Notes: generated by a model not told the origin, from the letters alone. Counted from the stretch's first letter, positions 8,601-18,037 are shown. The stretch: DNA of 64,000 nucleotides from Anaerolineales bacterium (GCA_020061105.1 JAGUYW010000034.1:1173-65172); one strand, 5' to 3'. Numbers and translations are program-made.

Positions 8601-9899
8601 TTACTGCCCCTGCAAGGTCGTCGACCCATTGACAGCCTGGATGGCTTTTAGCTGCGCCTGGCGGGCCAGGTCGATGGCTTTGGAAAGGGCGCGCAGCGCT
8701 TCGCTGGGGTTGTGAAAGCCCATGCTGTTTTCGGCGGCGATGAAGTCCCAGTACATCTGGGCGTCGCGGTGCAGCTGGCGGGCTTCGTTGAGCAATTCGG
8801 CGTTCACGTTGGGCGAGGCGGCGGCAATCTTCATGGCGTCGATGGCGTCGATCAGGGCATCCTGGGCGGCATCCATGGTCTCGCGCACCTGCTGCTGAAT
8901 AATGGCAACCCGCCCGGTGGCGAATGCCACATCGGTATGGCATTGTCCACAGGCTGCCTGGGCGTTGAGGAGCGGGCTTTGAACGTTATGGGTCGAGAAT
9001 TTGGCGGCCCCATCGCGGGTATAGGGCATATGGCAATCGGCGCACGCCACGCCAGCGTTATAGTGGGTGCTGTTTTGCGTGTAAAGTTCATACTCCGGAT
9101 GTTGGGCTTTGAGCATGGGTGTTTCTGTTTCGGGGTAGGTCCAATCCTTGAAACCTATTTCGTTGTAATATGCAATGATTTGATCGATATTTGTACCTTT
9201 GTCCCACGGGAAAGTCAGGTACTTGCCTTCGCCTGCGAAATAATATTCCACATGGCAGTTGGCGCACACGACGGTGCGCATTTCCTGGCGGGTGAAGGTG
9301 CGCCAATCTTTGCCCTGTTCTTTCAGAGCTTCTTCCAGGGCTGGGTTGGTGACGATCAATTTCATCGTTCCAGCTTCGTGGCAGTTGGCGCAGCCAATCG
9401 GCTGTTCAATCTGCTCACCCAATTCGTAAAACTTAGTCTTATAAAAATCAGTCGGCCCCATTTTATCCCACAGGCTGGGGTTATTGGCCGATTTGCAGGA
9501 ATAGCACGTCCCTGGAGTGGTTTCGTCAACACGATCAATCTCACGCACATCCTGCAGGCTGTGCATGTGGCCGCGGTCTTCATTATACTCTTTGCTAAAC
9601 GCCATGCCGGCAAACAAGACTACCAGGCGCGGGTCGTCTTCCAGCTTGGAGAAGGGAACCGAGCCGCCAAAGACGGTGCGGTTGTTGTTCGTGGCGGTCA
9701 TTTGAAAAGTGGACCACTGGTTCGGGAAATTGATGCCCCATTGTTCCGAATTGGGTTCCATCGGGGCAATCTCCACCAGCGGTTGGATGCCGCGGTCTGC
9801 GATCGGTTGGTTCTTCATAAAAATCAGCACGCTAATCAGGCTTGCTGCCAGGATTACAATAATCCCAGTCAAGATTAAGGAAGATGTTGAGATTTTCAC
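8601..9899 (-). CDS. nrfA: pentaheme cytochrome c nitrite reductase (ammonia-forming), NrfA
   Basis: 432 aa with an N-terminal signal anchor. One CXXCK site (CYSCK) plus four CXXCH sites (CANCH, CANCH, CADCH, CGQCH) in the NrfA order, including CANCHVEYYF. Confidence 0.92.
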   Translation of the reverse strand: MKISTSSLILTGIIVILAASLISVLIFMKNQPIADRGIQPLVEIAPMEPNSEQWGINFPNQWSTFQMTATNNNRTVFGGSVPFSKLEDDPRLVVLFAGMAFSKEYNEDRGHMHSLQDVREIDRVDETTPGTCYSCKSANNPSLWDKMGPTDFYKTKFYELGEQIEQPIGCANCHEAGTMKLIVTNPALEEALKEQGKDWRTFTRQEMRTVVCANCHVEYYFAGEGKYLTFPWDKGTNIDQIIAYYNEIGFKDWTYPETETPMLKAQHPEYELYTQNSTHYNAGVACADCHMPYTRDGAAKFSTHNVQSPLLNAQAACGQCHTDVAFATGRVAIIQQQVRETMDAAQDALIDAIDAMKIAAASPNVNAELLNEARQLHRDAQMYWDFIAAENSMGFHNPSEALRALSKAIDLARQAQLKAIQAVNGSTTLQGQ

Positions 9900-10387
9900 T
9901 TGTACTCCTCCGAATGTTGGTAAGGCAAAATCGAAACGCCGCGCTCACCGTGCGCTACGCTGCGATGACATTGAAAACAATAGAATTCCGAGCCATCGCT
10001 CATCGGGCCATATTCGATATTGGCAATCGTATCGGCATGACAGCGCACGCAGTTCTCCTGCACTACCTGGCGTGAGCTTTCCTTGGCGCGGATGGCGTCG
10101 GGAATTGGGCTAAAGGCAAAGGCGGTGACGTGGTGGTAGCCGGATTGAGCCTTGACAATATACTTGGGGATCAGGGCATGGGGCGTATGGCAGTCGCTGC
10201 AAACAGCCCAGTTTTTATGCGCCCCGTGATACCAGCCTTCGTAGACGGCATCCATCACGTGGCAGTTGTTGCAAGTGGTAGGGTTATTGCCCAGGTAGGC
10301 CGTAAAGTCAGTCACGTACAGCCCCACCCCCATGACAGCCAATAAGGCCATGATTCCTATGATTAGAGGTATTTTCATCCCGATCAC
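9896..10387 (-). CDS. nrfH: tetraheme NapC/NirT-family quinol dehydrogenase NrfH
   Basis: 163 aa with an N-terminal TM helix and four CXXCH sites (CNNCH, CSDCH, CVRCH, CFQCH). It has a 4-nt ATGA overlap with nrfA. Confidence 0.9.
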   Translation of the reverse strand: MIGMKIPLIIGIMALLAVMGVGLYVTDFTAYLGNNPTTCNNCHVMDAVYEGWYHGAHKNWAVCSDCHTPHALIPKYIVKAQSGYHHVTAFAFSPIPDAIRAKESSRQVVQENCVRCHADTIANIEYGPMSDGSEFYCFQCHRSVAHGERGVSILPYQHSEEYK

Positions 10388-10471
10388 CTTGACAGATAGG
10401 CAGATAAATCAGTATTCTCTCATCGCTAACTTAATCTGGACTAATTTTACCAGTATCCATTCGATTTCGGG

Positions 10472-10487
10472 TGTGACTTTTGTCACA
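10472..10487. promoter_or_regulatory. CRP/FNR-family operator TGTGAC-TTTT-GTCACA upstream of nrfHA
   Basis: A perfect 16-bp palindrome matching TGTGA-N6-TCACA. On the nrf strand it is followed after 22 nt by TAAAAT (10449-10444), which puts the site centre near -41.5/-42.5. Confidence 0.55.
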
Positions 10488-10612
10488 TAGACAGAAAGAA
10501 GTGATTGGAAAGCCTGTACGCATCCTGACTCGGACCATTTCTCCATTCGAGGGCGCACTACTCACCTATCACTACCGCCGACAAGCTGCGAGTCTGGTAA
10601 AATTTCTATGCC

Positions 10613-11164
10613 ATGCAAACCCATGCCCCACGCCCGCTCGCCAGCTCAGATTTCGACGCCGCCGACCTGCTGGCGCGCGCCCGCCGCCTGGATCGCAACG
10701 CCATGGGTATTCTGCACGACCTGCATTACCCCGAAATTTACCGCTACGCCGCCTACCGCCTGGATGACCCGGCAACCTGCGAAGAAATCGCCGCCCAGGT
10801 GTTCATCCACTTCTTGGAGGCCTTACGGAAACGGCGCACCCCGCGCGCCAACCTGCCTGCCTGGCTGCTGGATAGCGCTGCAAAACTGGTAGACCAGTAT
10901 TTACAGCGCAACGCAAAACAAAACCCGCCAGCCAGCGCAGCGCTGCCATTACCGCAGAACGAGGCCGAGCGCCAACGCCGAAATTTCTACCTGGCTTTGC
11001 GCGCCTTGCCTCCCCAACAGCAGCATTTCCTGGCTTTGCGCTTTAGCGGGCCGCGTAGCATAAGCGAAACAGCCTTCCTGATGGGCCAATCTGAGGAGCG
11101 CCTGCGTCTGCTGCAGCAGCGCGCCCTGAGAGAACTGCTCAAACAACTGGGGAAAACCATATGA
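10613..11164 (+). CDS. ECF-type RNA polymerase sigma factor
   Basis: 183 aa. The region 2-like stretch is LHDLHYPEIYRYAAYRL...AAQVFIHFLEAL. The region 4 HTH is LPPQQQHFLALRFSGPRSISETAFLMGQSEERLRLLQQRALRELLKQL. Confidence 0.85.
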   Translation: MQTHAPRPLASSDFDAADLLARARRLDRNAMGILHDLHYPEIYRYAAYRLDDPATCEEIAAQVFIHFLEALRKRRTPRANLPAWLLDSAAKLVDQYLQRNAKQNPPASAALPLPQNEAERQRRNFYLALRALPPQQQHFLALRFSGPRSISETAFLMGQSEERLRLLQQRALRELLKQLGKTI

Positions 11165-12045
11165 GGTTGAAACGGCGCAGCGATCCAAAAGCCCGCGCTC
11201 TCGAAACCTGCCTGCAAGGCATCCAGGGCGGTATGGGGGTGGAACGGGTGCTTTCCGCCTATCCGCGCTGGGCTGACGAACTGCGCCCGCTGCTGTGGAC
11301 TGCCAGTATGGCTGGCGCGCATAACGCCGAGCTTGAAATTCCACAGACGGCGCAGCAGCACAGCCAGGCCGCTTTTTTGCAAATCTCACAGCGTATGCTG
11401 CCGGCGCCAGAACGGCCTTTCTTGCGCTCGATCCTGCGCTTGCTGTTGGTGGTTGCCATCCTGGCCGGTGTATTGGTTACCGCAGCGATCGGGATGCAGC
11501 GCAGCTCGGCTGCTGCCCTGCCCGGAGAAGCGCTCTACTCCGTCAAATTGGCCATCGAACGGTTAGCGCTGGCCTGGCCGAGCAGCCCGGCATACTCGCT
11601 GGCTTTGCAACTGGCGCAGGATGAAGAACGATTGCTCGAACTGCAAATCTTGCGCCAGCGCGCCCAAGAAGCCCAGATCAGCTTCAGCGGGGTGCTCGAA
11701 AGCATGCAAGGCGACCAATGGCTAGTCGGCGGGACGCCCGTGATGATCACCGGTAACAGTCAAATCATCGGCGATATGGAGATTGGCTTTTATATCGTCG
11801 TACAGGGAGAACTGCAAAGCGATGGGCAGATTACGGCGCAGCGCTTGCAAATGCGCGAATATGTGGTGCAGGGCAGGATCGAAAGTATCAGCGGAGAGGC
11901 GCTCTTGCTGGAAGACCAAATCATCAGCCTGAGCTTGCAGACCCTGGTGCAGGGCTTGCCTGAACCCGGCAGCCGGGGGCGCGTTATTTTACGACGCGCC
12001 CAGGATGGTCGGTTTATCGCCCGGTTGGTAGAAATCCTGCCCTAG
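11161..12045 (+). CDS. putative anti-sigma factor / membrane protein with DUF5667- and DUF5666-like extracytoplasmic region
   Basis: 294 aa. It has an ATGA overlap with the sigma gene, a single TM helix (LLLVVAILAGVLVTAAIG), LPGEALYSVKLAIERL, and a C-terminal beta-rich repeat (WLVGGTPVMITGNSQI...). Confidence 0.55.
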   Translation: MRLKRRSDPKARALETCLQGIQGGMGVERVLSAYPRWADELRPLLWTASMAGAHNAELEIPQTAQQHSQAAFLQISQRMLPAPERPFLRSILRLLLVVAILAGVLVTAAIGMQRSSAAALPGEALYSVKLAIERLALAWPSSPAYSLALQLAQDEERLLELQILRQRAQEAQISFSGVLESMQGDQWLVGGTPVMITGNSQIIGDMEIGFYIVVQGELQSDGQITAQRLQMREYVVQGRIESISGEALLLEDQIISLSLQTLVQGLPEPGSRGRVILRRAQDGRFIARLVEILP

Positions 12046-12049
12046 CCGG

Positions 12050-13384
12050 CTACTCCAGGTCGATCTCTACAAAAGCCGTCATCCCCCAATAGACCTGCGC
12101 AGCCTCTGCTTGTAAAGACAGCGTCACCGGATAGGTAACATTGCCGCGCCGGTCTTCGCCGAGATAGCCGATTTGGACGATCTGGCCTGCGAAAACCCGC
12201 CCGGGGAAGGCGTCCAGGCTGATGCGCGCCGGCATCCCAATCTTCAAATGTACAATATCAGCTTCCGCCAGGTCGATGGTCTCCACCTGCCATTGTGTCA
12301 GATCCGCCAGGACGATCAGCGGCGTTCCCGGCGCAATCACTTCGCCTGCTTCCACATTCACCTGTACGATCACGCCATCGAACTCAGCTGCCAGCGTGGC
12401 CTGCTTCAAAGCCACCTGGGCAGTCTCCACTGCCGCTTGCGCCTGGAGCACCGCCGCCTGGGCCTGTTCGACAGCGTCTTGAGCAGCGCGCACCTGAAAG
12501 GAGCGCTCGCCGGTCTGTAAAGCCGCCAGGCGATCCTGGCTGACGTCATAGATCTCCTGCGCAATAGCGGCTTGCGCCCGCGCTTCCAACACATCCTGGG
12601 CAGCCTGGGTGGTCAAAATCTGGTCATAGTAAGCCTGGGCGGCTTGCAATTCGTTCTTCGCCCAATCGTAGTTCTTCTGAGCCTGGTCGCGCAAGATTCG
12701 ATCGGGTGAGGCTTTGGACTGTTCCCAGACCTGCCGGGCTGCCAGAAAAGCTGCCTGGGCTTGCGCCAGGCGCCGCTCAGCCGCCAACAAATCGGCGCTG
12801 GAAGCCTTTCGCAGCACTTCGTTCAAATTATCGTTCGCCAGTTGCAATTCTGCGCTGGCATTTTCCAGGGCAGCCTGGGCAGCGGCGTACTCTTGCTCGG
12901 AGTCGAAATACCAGACCGGTTGCTCGATTTCGCTGGGCGGCCTGGCGCGCCAACGTGTGCTGCGCGCCTGGGCCTCAGCGGCATGCGCCGCAGTTTGCGC
13001 CATCTCGAATTGGGTCTCGGCGGTCTGTAAAGTGGCCTGGGCAGCCTGCAAGGCAGCCTCGGCCTGCTTGAGAGCGGCGCGCAAGCTTTCGCTTTCTTGC
13101 CTGGCCAGCGCTTCGCCGCGCCGCACAGCCTGCCCAGTGCTAACCAGCACTTCGGCTACTCGCCCACCCTGCACAAAACTTAATAACGCCTGGCGCGCTG
13201 GCTTTACCTTGGCTTCCGCCGATACCAGCTGCAGGTGATTTTCCTGCAGGCCGTTGGGCGCCGGGGGCGTGGTAGACTCCGGAACCGGCGCCAGAAAAGA
13301 CCAATACCCCCACAAGCCCAAGGCGGAAAGCCCGGCTACGATCAAAATGCTGAGCACAATTTTTAGACTACGGTTCATAGCCAC
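12050..13384 (-). CDS. HlyD-family membrane fusion (periplasmic adaptor) protein
   Basis: 444 aa. Shows an N-terminal TM anchor, a long A/Q-rich coiled-coil hairpin, and C-terminal beta-barrel motifs (PGTPLIVLADL, ARISLDAFPG). Confidence 0.8.
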   Translation of the reverse strand: MAMNRSLKIVLSILIVAGLSALGLWGYWSFLAPVPESTTPPAPNGLQENHLQLVSAEAKVKPARQALLSFVQGGRVAEVLVSTGQAVRRGEALARQESESLRAALKQAEAALQAAQATLQTAETQFEMAQTAAHAAEAQARSTRWRARPPSEIEQPVWYFDSEQEYAAAQAALENASAELQLANDNLNEVLRKASSADLLAAERRLAQAQAAFLAARQVWEQSKASPDRILRDQAQKNYDWAKNELQAAQAYYDQILTTQAAQDVLEARAQAAIAQEIYDVSQDRLAALQTGERSFQVRAAQDAVEQAQAAVLQAQAAVETAQVALKQATLAAEFDGVIVQVNVEAGEVIAPGTPLIVLADLTQWQVETIDLAEADIVHLKIGMPARISLDAFPGRVFAGQIVQIGYLGEDRRGNVTYPVTLSLQAEAAQVYWGMTAFVEIDLE

Positions 13385-13401
13385 AATTCTCTTTCTTTTT
13401 T

Positions 13402-16017
13402 TTATTCATGCTTGATGGCTTCGACAATATTCACCGCCGCCGCCCGCCGCGCCGGCAAAAGCGCAGCCAGCTGCACCACCACTACAGCAATTACCGCGCC
13501 GGTCAAAAATGGCGTAGCAGTGAACTGGAAAGTCAGGTCATATCCGATCATCATATTGGCGCCGCGAATGAGCACATTGGCGATCACAAACCCGACCACC
13601 AGCCCATACACACCGCCCATCGCTCCCAAAGCCAGGGCCTCGGCCAATACCATGCGCAGCACCTGGCTGCGCGTCATTCCCAGAGAGCGCAAACCGCCGA
13701 TCTCGCGCTGGCGCTCGAGCACATTCATCGTCAGGGTGTTGATCACGCCGAGCACCCCAATAATCACGCCAATCAGGCTGAGCACATCGAACAAACGAAA
13801 AGACTGGTCCATCAAATCCAGAATGCTGCGCTTGAACGACTCGCTGGTTTGAACGCTGATCTGGCGGCTGGCCTGGAAACGTTCGACCACCTGGTCGGCG
13901 ATGTCTTGAGCAGTGTAACCCGGAGCGACCTTCAGCGTAAAACGATCAACCCCCTGGCGAGCAAACCAGCGCTGCATGTCCTCGTAGCTGCCATACACGC
14001 TTTGCCCCAGGCCGCCAAAATCGATCACCACCGCGGCTACGCTAAAAGCCTTTTCGCCGCGGTTGGTAAGCAGAACAATTTCATCGCCCTGGCCCAGTTG
14101 GTACACATCTGCCACGCTGGTAGAGATGAAGAGCGCTCCGCCTTGCTGGAAACGCTGCCAGTTGGCCTGGGCGTCTCCCTGGTTGGCGGCGAATAACATG
14201 TCGCCGACCAGGCGAAACGTGGGTGGGTCGATGGCGGTGAAATAAAATTCCTGGCTGGCGTTCGAACGGGCGGCCAGCATGCCGGGCGCAGCCCGCACCG
14301 TCAACGTGCGCGCCGGCGTAACCGCCTGGACGCCGGGCATAGCAAGCAACTGGCGCCCGAACGATTCGCGCATCGGCAAGGCCGAGCGCACAAACAGATC
14401 GCCGCCCAGGGCGTTTTCCAGCCAATTGGTCATATCCTGTTCAAATGAATACGCCAGCGAGGCAATGCTGACGATCATGGTTAGCGACACCATCAGCGAA
14501 GCAACCGTCAATGTCGACCTGCCTACCGAGCGGTGGATATTGCTGGACCCGATCATGCCCTCGTTCCCGTACAGGCCGGTCGCCAACGGGCGCGCCACAG
14601 GTTCCAGCCAACCCGCCACCAGTGGCACCGTCAGCGTTGCGCCCAGGAAGATACTGACCAGGGCGATATTGCCCGCCAGGAAGATGACTTCGTCGCGCCA
14701 CTGCAAGCCGTAGATCACCGCCAGCCCAACGCCAAATAAGACCAACCCGCTAAACCACACCAGCGGGCGAATTTGCTCGCCGCTGCGCCCGCTGATTCGC
14801 AGCGCATCCAGGGGCGAAATGCGCGCCGCCTGCGCGCCTGGCAGGGCGGCCGCCAGTAACGTAACACCCACCCCGACCGCCAGGCTGTACAGCAGCCCTT
14901 CCAGCGGTACACTCAGGTAGCCCTGTTTTGCCGTAACGGCGTCGCCCAACAGCCAGATCAGACCGCGGGCGATCACGATCCCGACCCCCAGGCCGAGCGT
15001 CGAGCCAGCCAATGAGAGTAAGAGCGCTTCGGCCAACACCATATTAAGCACATTCTGCCGGTTCATACCGATCGCCCGCAGCATACCAATTTCACGGGTA
15101 CGTTCGACGATGGTCATCGAAAAGGCATTGTAGATTAGAAACGCTCCGACAAAAATTGCAATCAATGAAAAAAAGGTCAGGCCTAACTGGTAAGTAGCTA
15201 ACATCTGGCTGACAAGTTGGCCGCGACCGGCCGGGTAAAGCACCTGCGCTTCGCCTTGCAAACGCTCATCCAGGAGCAAGCGTAAATTTTCCAACTGCTC
15301 CGGCGCTTCGCTGATCTGGCGATCGACTTGCAATGCGATCTCATCCAGTTCATCACCGCGCCCGAATAGATCTTGCACTACTTCGAGTGGCGCAAACGCC
15401 GCTGCGCCGTCATTGATCAAAGAGACGCCTTGCTCGTTCAATAATCCCACAATCTTCAGGCGCACCAGGCCATCTGGAACTAAGAACACCAGGTGATCCA
15501 ACAACTTCAAGCCATTCTCTTCAGCATAATTGAGTGGGATGACCACTTCATACTTATCATAGTCGGGCATGCGCCCGCTGGTCAGTTCATAGACGCGCAC
15601 TTGCTGATCTACTAGCGGATCGACGCCATACACTTGCAGCAGGTTGCCAGCCGCCACGCCAGTCATGCTGAAGGCAATTTGCCACGAACCGGCCTGGCTG
15701 GCCAGCAAAGTGAACTGGCGCACCATCGGAGCGGCGCTTTGAACACCAGGCGCTTTTTCCAGGCGCTCCAAAAAGTCCACCTGGAAAGCCGGGTCGCCGG
15801 CGCTCAGCGGCGTCACCACCAGGTTGGCGCCCCCGGTCGCCCGGTCAAATACTTGGCGCAGCGAATCCAAAGTGGTCTGGTTGGTGATCTGGATCGCCAA
15901 AACTACCGCCACGCCGAGCACGATCCCCAACAGCGTCAGGGCGGTGCGCCCACGCCGGGCTTTCATGTTGCGGCGCGCCAGGAAAAATGGCGCAGTAAAA
16001 GAAGCCAGCCAACCCAT
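13402..16017 (-). CDS. ABC transporter permease with two FtsX/MacB-type domains
   Basis: 871 aa. The FtsX signature is duplicated (ERTREIGMLRAIGM and ERQREIGGLRSLGM), each preceded by a large extracytoplasmic domain. Confidence 0.85.
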   Translation of the reverse strand: MGWLASFTAPFFLARRNMKARRGRTALTLLGIVLGVAVVLAIQITNQTTLDSLRQVFDRATGGANLVVTPLSAGDPAFQVDFLERLEKAPGVQSAAPMVRQFTLLASQAGSWQIAFSMTGVAAGNLLQVYGVDPLVDQQVRVYELTSGRMPDYDKYEVVIPLNYAEENGLKLLDHLVFLVPDGLVRLKIVGLLNEQGVSLINDGAAAFAPLEVVQDLFGRGDELDEIALQVDRQISEAPEQLENLRLLLDERLQGEAQVLYPAGRGQLVSQMLATYQLGLTFFSLIAIFVGAFLIYNAFSMTIVERTREIGMLRAIGMNRQNVLNMVLAEALLLSLAGSTLGLGVGIVIARGLIWLLGDAVTAKQGYLSVPLEGLLYSLAVGVGVTLLAAALPGAQAARISPLDALRISGRSGEQIRPLVWFSGLVLFGVGLAVIYGLQWRDEVIFLAGNIALVSIFLGATLTVPLVAGWLEPVARPLATGLYGNEGMIGSSNIHRSVGRSTLTVASLMVSLTMIVSIASLAYSFEQDMTNWLENALGGDLFVRSALPMRESFGRQLLAMPGVQAVTPARTLTVRAAPGMLAARSNASQEFYFTAIDPPTFRLVGDMLFAANQGDAQANWQRFQQGGALFISTSVADVYQLGQGDEIVLLTNRGEKAFSVAAVVIDFGGLGQSVYGSYEDMQRWFARQGVDRFTLKVAPGYTAQDIADQVVERFQASRQISVQTSESFKRSILDLMDQSFRLFDVLSLIGVIIGVLGVINTLTMNVLERQREIGGLRSLGMTRSQVLRMVLAEALALGAMGGVYGLVVGFVIANVLIRGANMMIGYDLTFQFTATPFLTGAVIAVVVVQLAALLPARRAAAVNIVEAIKHE

Positions 16018-16040
16018 TCGCTTGCTCTCCAGGTTATCTC

Positions 16041-16781
16041 TTACAAGTCAATGGCAGACATCACGGCCGTGATGTCTTGAACCGCCACCCCATGGCCTTC
16101 TCCATCCAACTGACGGACAATCCGGCCATCTTTCAAAAAAACAATCCGGTTGGTGTAAGAAGCCGCCCGGGCATCATGCGTTACCATCACAATGGTGGCA
16201 GAAAACTCCCGGCACGTCTGGCGCAAGAGGTCCAGGATCGCCGCTCCGGAACGCGAGTCCAGGTTGCCGGTTGGCTCATCAGCCAGGACAATCTCCGGCT
16301 GGTTGACAAACGCCCGGGCAATCGCCACGCGCTGCTGCTGGCCGCCGGAAAGCTGGTCTGGGCGGTGATCAGAACGCTCTGCCAGCCCGACCAGCGCCAG
16401 CAATTGATCGATCTGCTCACGCTTCGCTGCCAGGGGTTGCCCATCGATCAATAAAGGCAAGGCCACGTTTTCAGCGGCGGTCAGAGTGGGCAGCAGGTTA
16501 TAAAATTGAAAAATAAAACCCACTTTGCGGCGTCGCAAACGGGTGATCTCTTCATCATTCAAACCGGAAAGGGCTTCGCCGTTCAAAAAAATCTCGCCCG
16601 AGGTTGGCGTATCCAGGCCACCCAAGAGATGCAGCAAGGTGGATTTTCCTGAACCGGAGGGCCCCATGATAGCCGTGAATTCGCCGCGCCCAATGGAAAA
16701 ATCAACCCCAGCCAGGGCATCGACAACCACTTTGCCCATCAGGTATTGCTTCGTCAATTGGTGGGTTTCGAGCACAACCAT
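16041..16781 (-). CDS. ABC transporter ATP-binding protein (MacB/LolD-like)
   Basis: 246 aa. Shows Walker [10 protein letters not shown], the signature LSGGQQQR, Walker [12 protein letters not shown], and the H-loop VTHD. Confidence 0.92.
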   Translation of the reverse strand: MVVLETHQLTKQYLMGKVVVDALAGVDFSIGRGEFTAIMGPSGSGKSTLLHLLGGLDTPTSGEIFLNGEALSGLNDEEITRLRRRKVGFIFQFYNLLPTLTAAENVALPLLIDGQPLAAKREQIDQLLALVGLAERSDHRPDQLSGGQQQRVAIARAFVNQPEIVLADEPTGNLDSRSGAAILDLLRQTCREFSATIVMVTHDARAASYTNRIVFLKDGRIVRQLDGEGHGVAVQDITAVMSAIDL

Positions 16782-16785
16782 TTTT

Positions 16786-17526
16786 TCAGGTTAACGGTAT
16801 TCCCATGATTTGCTGCGCCAGGTTTTGGAAAGCCTGTTCTACCCCCGTGCCCGTTTTGGCGCTGGTAGTGAACCAGCTTGCGCCAGTTTGCTCGGCCAAA
16901 TCAGCCAGGCGCTGCGGCGAGATTTCGCAATGTTCTTGCAGGTCTTCTTTATTGCCGGCAATCACAATGGCAACCTGCGGAGAAACTTTGCGTAAACGTT
17001 GGACATAGGTTGATATCGAAGCCAGAGTGGCGCGGCGCGTCAGGTCGCACACCAGCAAAGCCCCACTGGCGCCCTGTAAATAACTGGCCTGCGCCCCAGA
17101 GAACTCTTCGCTGCCCGCCAGATCCCATAACAGCATGTTGAAAACGGGCAAATCTGGCAGATTAATTGACCGGCGCGAAATCTTTACCCCGATCGTGCTG
17201 AGATAGCGGTCATCGAACTGCCCTTCGACAAATCGACGCGTCAGGCTGGTTTTGCCAACTGCAAAATCTCCCAACATGCAAATTTTCTTTTGGATCACAG
17301 TGCTTAGATCACTCAAGGCGTCTCTCGCTTTTTTGAGCCATCGCTCAAGGTCAATCAATCTAGAGTATAATGCGATTATACCAGTAGGAAGCAAGCATTC
17401 TCCTGTCATACCCAGAACAACACTGGGCAATCCGTTCACAATACATCTATAGGCATCCCCAATGGAGGTAGACATGAGCGAGGGGACATCATCGACGATC
17501 AACGAGCTGGAGCGTTTACGAGACAT
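16786..17526 (-). CDS. Ras-superfamily (Rab-like) small GTPase; N-terminal boundary uncertain
   Basis: G1 GDFAVGKT, G2 STIGV, G3 WDLAGSEEF, G4 GNKED, G5 TSAKTG. The stop lies 4 nt before the ABC ATPase start. Possible starts are 17526, 17409, 17316 (TTG) and 17298 (GTG). Confidence 0.8.
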   Translation of the reverse strand: MSRKRSSSLIVDDVPSLMSTSIGDAYRCIVNGLPSVVLGMTGECLLPTGIIALYSRLIDLERWLKKARDALSDLSTVIQKKICMLGDFAVGKTSLTRRFVEGQFDDRYLSTIGVKISRRSINLPDLPVFNMLLWDLAGSEEFSGAQASYLQGASGALLVCDLTRRATLASISTYVQRLRKVSPQVAIVIAGNKEDLQEHCEISPQRLADLAEQTGASWFTTSAKTGTGVEQAFQNLAQQIMGIPLT

Positions 17527-18028
17527 TCTCTATGGCGAGCAAGCCCGCGTCACCCAATCTCGCCTGGACGAACTGGAACAGAACCTGGAAAACGTCCGGC
17601 GAGCGCTTCTCAACTCCCTGGAAGACAAAGTCAAGCAACTCTCCGACCAACTGTCTGAACAAAACGCTCGCCTGGAACAGCGCCTGGATGATCAACGCGC
17701 CCAATTGACCCAGCAAGGCCAAAATGGTTTAAGAAATCTGAACCAAACTCTGGATGGGCAGGTGCTTTTGCTACAAACTGGCATCAACACATTACAACAA
17801 GAATTGCACCAGGAGATCAAAACGCGCTATGCCCAACAATCCGAGAGCCTGCAAAACGCCAAGAAGGCTCTACAAGCCCAGATGGAGCAGCAGCACCAGA
17901 ACCTTAGCCAACAACTGCGCCAGGCAGCAGAAGCGCTCGAACAAAACAAAGTTTCACGCCTCGAACTCGGCCAGGCGCTGATCGCCCTCGGCAACCAGTT
18001 ACAAGAACAGCCAGACCAAGAATCCTGA
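17474..18028 (+). CDS. Q/L/E-rich coiled-coil protein, function unknown
   Basis: 184 aa counted from ATG 17474 (SD GGAGG at 17464-17468). It is heptad-like throughout (ELERLRDILYGEQARVTQSRLDELEQNLENV...). Confidence 0.6.
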   Translation: MSEGTSSTINELERLRDILYGEQARVTQSRLDELEQNLENVRRALLNSLEDKVKQLSDQLSEQNARLEQRLDDQRAQLTQQGQNGLRNLNQTLDGQVLLLQTGINTLQQELHQEIKTRYAQQSESLQNAKKALQAQMEQQHQNLSQQLRQAAEALEQNKVSRLELGQALIALGNQLQEQPDQES

Positions 18029-18037
18029 TCAACAGGT

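Noticed and set aside
8712-9878. A 388-aa ORF on the + strand.
   Set aside because: It lies entirely antisense to nrfA, whose heme motifs validate the minus frame. The composition (G/H/V/A-rich, no motifs) is typical of a shadow ORF in GC-rich DNA.
13408-14196. A 262-aa ORF on the + strand. The same reasoning applies to 6915-7652, 5772-6452, 18029-18478 and many shorter ORFs.
   Set aside because: All are nested antisense or out of frame within genes that have clear family signatures. None has an SD or any motif.
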